A stretch of DNA of 64,000 bases from a virus. The notes under the pieces are model-generated. The model was not told the origin of the DNA and ran no database searches. It saw nothing but the letters and a program-made list of their open reading frames with translations. Made by a program: the position numbers and the translations under genes. The DNA lies in the IMG/VR virus record IMGVR_UViG_3300025732_000026, positions 24,567 through 88,566 of that record; one strand, written 5' to 3'. Shown here piece by piece: positions 57,267 through 64,000 of this stretch (position 1 is its first letter; every line of letters starts with the position of its first letter).

Positions 57267-57316
57267 TGTAACTGTGGTAAATAATTTTGATTAATTAATT
57301 GATAGGGAGTTATATC

Positions 57317-57724
57317 ATGGCAACTAACGCATCAATCGCAGTAGTTGATTTAGAAGGACAAGTTCACAGCATCAATCTTCATTGGGATGGATATATTGAG
57401 TTCGCGGGAAAAATTCTAAAAGAACATTACAATAATCTTGATGCTGCACTAAAATTGGTGTCTAAAGGCAATTTAAGTGTATTGGGTAAATATATAGAAC
57501 CATCTCCCGACTATCCTCATAATTTTGAATCAAGTCAAGCTGATGTTTGTTTGTATTATGGTAGAGATCGTGGAGAAGATAATACCGATTGTATTGTTGA
57601 TTCTAATATTACAGAATACATTGACTTAGGTTGCGATTATGATTATAACTATCTATTCGTAGACGGTGAATGGAAGGTATCTGAATATGATCTTTGCAAT
57701 TTTAAATCATATAATATTGAATAA
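57317..57724 (+). CDS. Conserved phage hypothetical protein
   Basis: SINLHWDGY...G..L..HY, GNLSVLG, YGRDRGE. Confidence 0.7.
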   Translation: MATNASIAVVDLEGQVHSINLHWDGYIEFAGKILKEHYNNLDAALKLVSKGNLSVLGKYIEPSPDYPHNFESSQADVCLYYGRDRGEDNTDCIVDSNITEYIDLGCDYDYNYLFVDGEWKVSEYDLCNFKSYNIE

Positions 57725-57864
57725 TGAAAATATTTAAAATATTGAAACAGCTTCTATGTATTCATCGATATGGTTATCCAGTGTATATTGGACATCACGA
57801 TAGAATACATAGTGAAGAAACATGTGTTAAATGTGGATATATAAAGGTGACTTATGTTAAGTGA
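57724..57864 (+). CDS. Small Cys/His zinc-binding protein (46 aa, not in track)
   Basis: LLCIHRY...CVKCG; start overlaps the previous stop. Confidence 0.5.
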   Translation: MKIFKILKQLLCIHRYGYPVYIGHHDRIHSEETCVKCGYIKVTYVK

Positions 57865-58228
57865 ACATATAGTAATACCAAATAAATTATGGACAGGGAT
57901 TTATCAAACTGGTAGTAGTGTAATATGTGATCCACCAGTGTTAGATACAGATATAGATTATATCATTTGTACTCCTAGTTTTTCCGCATTTGATAAATTT
58001 GTTGTAGATGCTGGATTTAGATATACAAGTAACGATGAAGAAGGATACGTTCTACAGAACAATGGATTCTTCTGTTATAGGCGAGATAATCTCAACTTGA
58101 TCGTAACAGAAAGTAATGATTGGTATTTAAAATGGGTAGCAGCGACTAAACTTGCCAAGAAACTAAATCTTTTACAGAAGAAGGATAGAATTATATTGTT
58201 TCAGTATATATTGTATGGTGTAATATAA
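57854..58228 (+). CDS. Minimal Pol-beta-type nucleotidyltransferase-like protein
   Basis: TGSSVIC.PPV.DTDIDY (GS...DxD), NLIV. Confidence 0.65.
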   Translation: MLSEHIVIPNKLWTGIYQTGSSVICDPPVLDTDIDYIICTPSFSAFDKFVVDAGFRYTSNDEEGYVLQNNGFFCYRRDNLNLIVTESNDWYLKWVAATKLAKKLNLLQKKDRIILFQYILYGVI

Positions 58229-58241
58229 TGGAGTTAGAATC

Positions 58242-58514
58242 ATGAGTGGTGGCCATTTCGATTATAAACAATATGCAATAGAAGATATTATAGAATCCAT
58301 TGAATCAATAATTCAAAATAACACAAATCTATCAAACGATTTTGAAAATCGCTTTTCAGAAAAAACTATTCAAGAATTTAAAAATGCTATAAAATACCTA
58401 ACTCTTGCGAAAATCTATTCTCACCGAATAGATTGGCTAATATCGGGAGATGACGGTGAAGAAACTTTCCATGAACGATTAAATGAAGAATTGAGGAATA
58501 ATGATGTTGGATAA
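58242..58514 (+). CDS. Conserved phage hypothetical protein
   Basis: MSGGHFDY, RIDWLISGDDGEE. Confidence 0.7.
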   Translation: MSGGHFDYKQYAIEDIIESIESIIQNNTNLSNDFENRFSEKTIQEFKNAIKYLTLAKIYSHRIDWLISGDDGEETFHERLNEELRNNDVG

Positions 58515-58692
58515 AAAAACTTTTGACGCATTCCTAGCAAGGGAGAAAGTCCTTAAAGAAGAATTACAAAGTATCAGTCAAGTAATAGAAGAATTGAGAA
58601 AATTATGTGAGCATGATTGGCACGAAGGAGTTTCTGGCCATAATGATACTATGCACACTTGTAAAATATGTTCTAAAATAGAATTTTTTTAA
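58501..58692 (+). CDS. Small zinc-ribbon protein
   Basis: CEHDW...CKIC. Confidence 0.6.
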   Translation: MMLDKKTFDAFLAREKVLKEELQSISQVIEELRKLCEHDWHEGVSGHNDTMHTCKICSKIEFF

Positions 58693-58693
58693 A

Positions 58694-58915
58694 ATGAATA
58701 AAACATACCTATATCTTAATCTATACTGTAATACCGAATCAATCGCCAACATAGATGAATTGGTATCAAAGATTCAATATCTAATTGAAACATTTCATAC
58801 AGGTATAAAGTTAGAGATCGAATCTTCCACATCATATGATATTCTTCACATCAATGAAGATTTTACCTCAGAAAATATCAAAGAAATGTTGATGCATTCA
58901 TTAAATAATTCTTGA
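58694..58915 (+). CDS. Hypothetical protein
   Basis: ORF coupled to the previous gene. Confidence 0.5.
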   Translation: MNKTYLYLNLYCNTESIANIDELVSKIQYLIETFHTGIKLEIESSTSYDILHINEDFTSENIKEMLMHSLNNS

Positions 58916-58940
58916 CAGTAAGAAATTTTTAATATATAAT
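58912..58940 (+). promoter_or_regulatory. Early promoter (repeated cassette)
   Basis: TTGACA-17 nt-TATAAT, near-identical to the copy at 56450. Confidence 0.8.
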
Positions 58941-58978
58941 GATTTCATAGTGAAGATTAATTGATAAGGGGTTGCATC

Positions 58979-59185
58979 ATGAGAAATATTGTAGAATTAG
59001 TAGAAATTTTAAAAAATAAAGTAAATACTGGTTGCATACCGCAGCGAGTAATTGATTATGCCAAAAATTTCCCCGAAACAAAGGGGTATGAAACGTATGA
59101 CCGGGTTCTAATTTTATATGTTGCCGAAGGCGTTATTTTATATACATATGGTAGAGTGGATTACTATTTGAAGCCAACTGTGTGA
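58979..59185 (+). CDS. Small early protein (paralogue of 63177..63383)
   Basis: MRNI.E.V, PE.KG, YVAEGVI.Y.YG...YYL. Confidence 0.7.
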   Translation: MRNIVELVEILKNKVNTGCIPQRVIDYAKNFPETKGYETYDRVLILYVAEGVILYTYGRVDYYLKPTV

Positions 59186-59210
59186 AGATTAATTGATACG
59201 GAGATAAATC

Positions 59211-59567
59211 ATGATCGCGGTAAAAATATTTAAAGATTTAGAATTTATATTTTCAATTAAAACCACACCAGAACAACGTCAAGATTATATAAATGAAATT
59301 AAAGAAGCAATAAAATCATCCGATTCTATTGTCAAAATTGATAACTCAATATTTCGAATCATTAACGAAAAAAATATTAGAGAAATATATCAGAAAGAAA
59401 AAGAATTAGAATTAAAATTAAATTTAGATATACCATCGTGGGTTGAGATTGATTGGACAAAAACTGTCCAAAATTGTTTAAATGATGAAGGATATGAACG
59501 CCATTTTAACGGCGGCAAGTATACCTCATTGTGGTCAAATGGGTATTATATTTTTAGAATTAATTGA
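59211..59567 (+). CDS. Hypothetical early protein
   Basis: GGAG SD; IDW...DG...HF motif. Confidence 0.65.
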   Translation: MIAVKIFKDLEFIFSIKTTPEQRQDYINEIKEAIKSSDSIVKIDNSIFRIINEKNIREIYQKEKELELKLNLDIPSWVEIDWTKTVQNCLNDEGYERHFNGGKYTSLWSNGYYIFRIN

Positions 59568-59579
59568 GAGAAAACTAAA

Positions 59580-59846
59580 ATGAAATACCAATATGTAAAT
59601 GCTAATATCAAATCAATCGAAGAAGCTATACTCCGATTAGTTGCAGGTGAAGTATTCTACTGGCTTGGTGGAAAAATATATTTTAATCCTAAAGAAGTAA
59701 AATCAAAATTAGAAATACCAAATCCTAAAATCAAAGGGTTTTCTCCATTTAGACTTGCATTGTTTGATGAAGAATCAGCATCCGAGAATTTGAATTATCT
59801 ATGGCAGTATTTTGATGTGTGGACTATTAGAGTTGAAGATATATAA
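59580..59846 (+). CDS. Hypothetical protein (paralogue of the N-terminus of 61257..61667)
   Basis: Y.YVNA..KS..EAI.R...GEVFY....KI. Confidence 0.65.
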   Translation: MKYQYVNANIKSIEEAILRLVAGEVFYWLGGKIYFNPKEVKSKLEIPNPKIKGFSPFRLALFDEESASENLNYLWQYFDVWTIRVEDI

Positions 59847-59979
59847 TCAAATTAATGTTAGATGTTTATTCGATGAAAGATTTGAATATTTGATTATATA
59901 AATTATTGTTAATGAAGAAAAAGAAAATATATTGCGATATTATATGATTGATTTTATATGAGTTGAATTAAAATAAGGG

Positions 59980-60133
59980 TTTTCTTAAAGGATGGAATCG
60001 ATTTTCTTAAAGGATGGAATCGATTTTCTTAAAGGATGGATTCAGTTTTCTTAAAGGATGGAATCGATTTTCTTAAAGGATGGATTCAGTTTTCTTAAAG
60101 GATGAATCTAGTTTTCTTAAAGGACGGATTCCA
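59980..60133. repeat. Seven tandem copies of a 22-bp non-coding repeat
   Basis: TTTTCTTAAAGGATGGAATCGA and ...GGATTCAG variants, head to tail. Confidence 0.92.
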
Positions 60134-60160
60134 TAATGTTTTTAATTGATATTATATTAT

Positions 60161-60514
60161 ATGACTATTGATAGAAATCAATCTGATATATTACAATTTG
60201 CTAAGGAATTATTCATTGAGAATAATACTAATGCATTCCCATTCACATATAAAGATATTAATTTTATAAAAGTGATAGAGGAACTACAATTAACTCCCAG
60301 AGAATTATCGATTCTTTATATTAGGGATAATTTCGCAGTGGCATATAATATTATTAATTGGAATATGCAAGTATTACATAATGAATTATCTGAGACTGAA
60401 AAACAATTAATATCAAATGTTATATATCATATGAATGAGCTAGAATTGGATCTAAATCTGATATTAATAGATGACTTAAAAGACAAGATTAATACTATTA
60501 TAGAGAAAATATGA
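60161..60514 (+). CDS. Hypothetical protein (paralogue of 53958..54365)
   Basis: Shares the motifs listed for its paralogue. Confidence 0.65.
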   Translation: MTIDRNQSDILQFAKELFIENNTNAFPFTYKDINFIKVIEELQLTPRELSILYIRDNFAVAYNIINWNMQVLHNELSETEKQLISNVIYHMNELELDLNLILIDDLKDKINTIIEKI

Positions 60515-60678
60515 AATTTATTAAAATTAATGATAGGTATATTGCGATAGAAAGAAATGGTGTATCCTGTGGACATTTCGCGTATAATACTAAGAGAAAA
60601 AAATGGATGTATAGTGGATTATATTTGAATGAATTGGAACAGATTATTGATTATTTTCGAGGATTAACTAATGAATAA
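60511..60678 (+). CDS. Small hypothetical protein (55 aa, not in track)
   Basis: ATGA overlap with the previous stop. Confidence 0.45.
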   Translation: MKFIKINDRYIAIERNGVSCGHFAYNTKRKKWMYSGLYLNELEQIIDYFRGLTNE

Positions 60679-61051
60679 TGATATAGAAATTAGAAAAATA
60701 AATGAATATCGATTTAATATTAGTAGATCAGATTATGATTTGGCAACTATTAATGTGTGTATTGATGGTATATATTTTAACGTTATTAACAAATCAAGTG
60801 GTAATTTGTCAGTGACAGATATGTTAATGATAGCAAATAAAATGGCATATTTAGCTCAAACATGTTGGCTAGAAGCATTAACTGAAAAACTGAAACCGTA
60901 TGATTATTTTGTTGAATATGATCCAGTATTTGAACAATATAACATTATACACTATCATGATATAATAGTATTCGAAACATCTAATCCCACTAAAATTGTT
61001 GATTATATCATTAACGAATTGAAAATAAATTTGAATAAAATCAATATTTAA
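60671..61051 (+). CDS. Hypothetical protein (paralogue of 56100..56453)
   Basis: GAGG SD. Confidence 0.65.
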   Translation: MNNDIEIRKINEYRFNISRSDYDLATINVCIDGIYFNVINKSSGNLSVTDMLMIANKMAYLAQTCWLEALTEKLKPYDYFVEYDPVFEQYNIIHYHDIIVFETSNPTKIVDYIINELKINLNKINI

Positions 61052-61256
61052 AATCATTGACATGGAAAACTATTAAATGATAGAATATTTACTTATAGGT
61101 ATATTGATATTATATATTCTCAAAGAGAACGGCTTTTCGACTACATGTAAACCTCTTACACAAATTGCAATATGGCCAATAATGTTAGTTACATATATTA
61201 TTCAACAATTTGATAGAATAGTTTCTAACAAAAAGAGATAATTTAAAGGAAATATT

Positions 61257-61667
61257 ATGGTATACAAATATGTTAATGCTGGATTGAAGTCAAAAGCTGA
61301 AGCAATTAAACGGATGATGGATGGTGAAGTGTTTTACTTTGGGAAAGATAAAATATTTTATAGTGAAGATCAACAGTATACATCACCATTTATAATCCTT
61401 GGAGACAAGGAAGCGCGGCTGGGACCTTCATGGAGTAAATATAGAGAATGGACTATACAAGTCGAATGTTCTTGGTATGATAATTTAAGTGGGGGTATAT
61501 TGTGTTGGGTGAGTAATGATGAAAATGATGAAAATGGATGGATGGAAAAAATAGTCACGGGATACGATGAAGGTTTTATATATCCATTTAATACTCGTTT
61601 AAATAGATGGAAATATGCTCGACCAATGACTAAAGAGGAAATAACTAAGTATACTATAAAGGAATAA
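61257..61667 (+). CDS. Hypothetical protein
   Basis: AAGGA SD; ILCWVS...WKYARP C-terminal domain. Confidence 0.65.
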   Translation: MVYKYVNAGLKSKAEAIKRMMDGEVFYFGKDKIFYSEDQQYTSPFIILGDKEARLGPSWSKYREWTIQVECSWYDNLSGGILCWVSNDENDENGWMEKIVTGYDEGFIYPFNTRLNRWKYARPMTKEEITKYTIKE

Positions 61668-61698
61668 TTATTCTATTAAGTTGTAAGGAGATTAAATA

Positions 61699-61890
61699 AT
61701 GAAATTTGATGACTACTCTAATCATCCTCAACGCGATTTGAAATTGAGATTAAAATATAAAGTTTTAAAAAGAGAAGTCGATGAAATGGTTGAATGGAAT
61801 TTCGGATACTCTCCAAGTAATGATTCATATTTTGATGATAAATTGGATCACCTAGGATTTTTAGCAAAAATACTCAAAATAGATAGGTAA
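61699..61890 (+). CDS. Hypothetical protein
   Basis: AAGGAG SD. Confidence 0.6.
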   Translation: MKFDDYSNHPQRDLKLRLKYKVLKREVDEMVEWNFGYSPSNDSYFDDKLDHLGFLAKILKIDR

Positions 61891-61894
61891 GTAT

Positions 61895-62206
61895 ATGATT
61901 AGACTAGATGCTATCAGATTAGAACGAATTATAATATCTCTGGCTATTATAGCAGCATTCATTTATTATGATTTGATCTATCTATGGTTCACTATTGCAT
62001 CAATTTATCTAACAGTTTATATTATCTCATGTCTTGAATATGGATATGAGATAGATCAGATTACGAAAGATTGTATATGGTGGCAAAGATTTATTATAAA
62101 CCTAATAGGAATTCCAATGATGTTAGCGTGTTTCGCATTATTGCCTTATTGGGGATTAATATTAATGATAGAATGTATCAATAAAAATGGAAACAAATAC
62201 AACTGA
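61895..62206 (+). CDS. Membrane protein
   Basis: Three to four hydrophobic segments. Confidence 0.55.
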   Translation: MIRLDAIRLERIIISLAIIAAFIYYDLIYLWFTIASIYLTVYIISCLEYGYEIDQITKDCIWWQRFIINLIGIPMMLACFALLPYWGLILMIECINKNGNKYN

Positions 62207-62591
62207 GGATTATATGATGAGAATATTTAGCGGTGCATGTTGTGTATGTAATACCGGTATTTCGACTGGTGAATTGGATTGGAATGGAAATGAATTATAC
62301 ACTGGAGATATAGTTCAGATATGGCATGGGGACTATTTAGATACTGATCAAGAGCAATGGCTGCCAGAAAATGGATTAACTGTCATAGTAGCGAATCAGT
62401 ATACAACTACCATTATTAATCACCAAGTTGTGCATAAATTAATTGATGAAAATCCTATTCCATATACAATGGGAATAAAAAATATTGGAATACAAGGTGA
62501 TGATTGGAAGGTAGTACGAGTAAAGAGTCATAAAGATGTGGTTAATGGAGAACATTGGCCAGAATTTGGATTTAATTTTAAAGAAGAATAA
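62187..62591 (+). CDS. Hypothetical protein with a YopX-like motif
   Basis: TGELDWNGNELYTGDIV. Confidence 0.6.
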   Translation: METNTTEDYMMRIFSGACCVCNTGISTGELDWNGNELYTGDIVQIWHGDYLDTDQEQWLPENGLTVIVANQYTTTIINHQVVHKLIDENPIPYTMGIKNIGIQGDDWKVVRVKSHKDVVNGEHWPEFGFNFKEE

Positions 62592-62594
62592 TAT

Positions 62595-63104
62595 ATGAAT
62601 ATAAATTATAAGTCTCTATTAGTTTTAATAATATCAATGTTGCTAATGGGATGCGCAACTGTAATGAATCAGCATGTTGCAGAATCCCTTACTATTAGAA
62701 GTGATCCAAGTCAAGCTAATGTTATCATTGAAGATGAAACTGGAGTCAAGATATATGAAGGAACTACACCGACATTTGTGCATTTAGTAAAGAAGAAAGG
62801 TTATTTTAGTGGTAAAAAATATTCAGTAAGAATTCGAAAAGAAGGATATGAGGATAAATTAGTTATTGTTGATACCACAATTAACAAATGGTATATAGGT
62901 AATATTGTTATTGGTGGTGTAATAGGATTTCTCGTGATCGATCCAATTACAGGTGCTATGTGGTCGTTAAGTACAAATGATGTTAATGTCACCTTTGATG
63001 AACCTAAAAGACCGCTATTATTAAATCCTGATGATATTATAATAGTCACGCTCCAAGATATTCCATTAGATTTACATCATAAATTAATACCTATTGTGAA
63101 ATAA
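62595..63104 (+). CDS. Lipoprotein with a PEGA-like domain
   Basis: Lipobox LLMG|C, SDPSQANV, GTTP, KEGY, IDPITGAMW. Confidence 0.8.
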   Translation: MNINYKSLLVLIISMLLMGCATVMNQHVAESLTIRSDPSQANVIIEDETGVKIYEGTTPTFVHLVKKKGYFSGKKYSVRIRKEGYEDKLVIVDTTINKWYIGNIVIGGVIGFLVIDPITGAMWSLSTNDVNVTFDEPKRPLLLNPDDIIIVTLQDIPLDLHHKLIPIVK

Positions 63105-63107
63105 TTC

Positions 63108-63136
63108 TTGACAGTAAGAAATAATTAGTATAGAAT
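63108..63136 (+). promoter_or_regulatory. Early promoter (repeated cassette)
   Basis: TTGACA-17 nt-TAGAAT with the shared GTAAGAAAT spacer. Confidence 0.75.
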
Positions 63137-63176
63137 GATTCCATAGTGATTAATAAATGTGAGAGGTAGATAGATC

Positions 63177-63383
63177 ATGAGAAATATTAAAGAAATAGTC
63201 AGTTTCATAAGAGAAAAACTCGCGCAGGGATACACTTATGACTTCTTGTGTGATTTCGCACAAAAAATGCCCGAACGGAAGGGATTTGTTATTACCGATG
63301 ATGCAATTTTAATGTACGTCGCTGAGGGTGTTATAATATACTCATACGGCAGTATTGAGTATTACCTGAACGCAGATGATTAA
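63177..63383 (+). CDS. Small early protein (paralogue of 58979..59185)
   Basis: GAGG SD; shared motifs. Confidence 0.7.
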   Translation: MRNIKEIVSFIREKLAQGYTYDFLCDFAQKMPERKGFVITDDAILMYVAEGVIIYSYGSIEYYLNADD

Positions 63384-63385
63384 TT

Positions 63386-63568
63386 ATGCTAGAATATTTG
63401 AAAATTTTTGTTATTACGGTACTTGTTTTTGGTCTTATATTTTTCTATATTTGTATTTTTAAATTCCTAATATTAGAATTGATTGATTCTATTAAAAAAC
63501 GAGAATTGGGAGAAGCATTTGCTTGTATTTTTATAATGTGTGTTTTCCTCATACCTTTTATTTTATAA
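63386..63568 (+). CDS. Small membrane protein
   Basis: Two hydrophobic helices. Confidence 0.5.
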   Translation: MLEYLKIFVITVLVFGLIFFYICIFKFLILELIDSIKKRELGEAFACIFIMCVFLIPFIL

Positions 63569-63621
63569 ATTTCACATAATATTTAATAAACTATTGATCG
63601 ATATTTGATATGGATTTAAAC

Positions 63622-64000
63622 ATGATAAAGAATGATTCTAAAAAATATAATACTATTGCATATGAGGAAGACACCGATAAAATACTGGTGATTAAATGTG
63701 AATCGGATAATTTTGATGAAGGTATATTATTTGATCAATATGAATATTCATCCATTGTCCCACAACTACTTAAACTTGGAGATTTAAATTATCTAGGAGC
63801 ATATATTCCAAGAAAGAGTAAAGACTTTGATGAGTCGCACGATGTTTGTATACCATTAGAAGGTGGTGAGTGTCATCGATTATTTACTGCGATGGAGTAT
63901 GAAAATTATATAAAATCTGGTAATTTTCATCACAATTATCTATTAGTTTATAGAAAATACTCATGGAAATGGTATCGATCAAAAGGTAAATCAGTATACT
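63622..64000 (+). CDS. Partial hypothetical protein, diverged paralogue of 57317..57724
   Basis: Open to the window end; LLKLGDLNYLGAYI...DVC vs LVSKGNLSVLGKYI...DVC. Confidence 0.5.
   Translation, partial: MIKNDSKKYNTIAYEEDTDKILVIKCESDNFDEGILFDQYEYSSIVPQLLKLGDLNYLGAYIPRKSKDFDESHDVCIPLEGGECHRLFTAMEYENYIKSGNFHHNYLLVYRKYSWKWYRSKGKSVY

Noticed and set aside
59980-60133. CRISPR array
   Set aside because: Units are contiguous 22-mers with only short recurring variable tails; there are no unique spacers and no cas genes.
907-63049. Numerous short minus-strand ORFs in the track
   Set aside because: They are antisense shadows of well-supported plus-strand genes, with no recognisable motifs.

Overview
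This is an AT-rich segment of a large T4-like myophage genome, with almost all genes on the + strand in the standard genetic code. The host is probably Gram-negative, judging from lipoprotein, spanin-like and type IV pilin-like signals. 1-15 kb: T4-type replication module (gp1, gp45, gp44, gp62, RegA, dCMP deaminase, gp43 broken by a -1 frameshift, UvsX). Its gp41 helicase is fractured by a split intein with a homing endonuclease between the halves. 17-26 kb: glycosylation/sugar-modification cluster. 26-32 kb: late, virion and lysis genes. 32-37 kb: primase and NrdAB. 37-42 kb: a sigma70 promoter drives an unusual long-variable-arm tRNA-Asn and a ~270-nt structured RNA whose ends reproduce the 23S rRNA L11-binding (GTPase-associated) domain around a ~200-nt insertion. 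A macro-like gene and a Prs/Nampt pair (NARP1-like NAD+ rebuilding) follow. 42-64 kb: DNA ligase, ACP, rtcB flanked by two tRNA-like elements, an RNA ligase, and an early region of repeated promoter cassettes with several paralogue pairs, an unannotated 37-aa mini type IV pilin and a 22-bp tandem repeat. The best candidates for something undescribed are the 23S GTPase-centre mimic RNA and the mini-pilin. All calls come from reading motifs by eye; no database searches were run.
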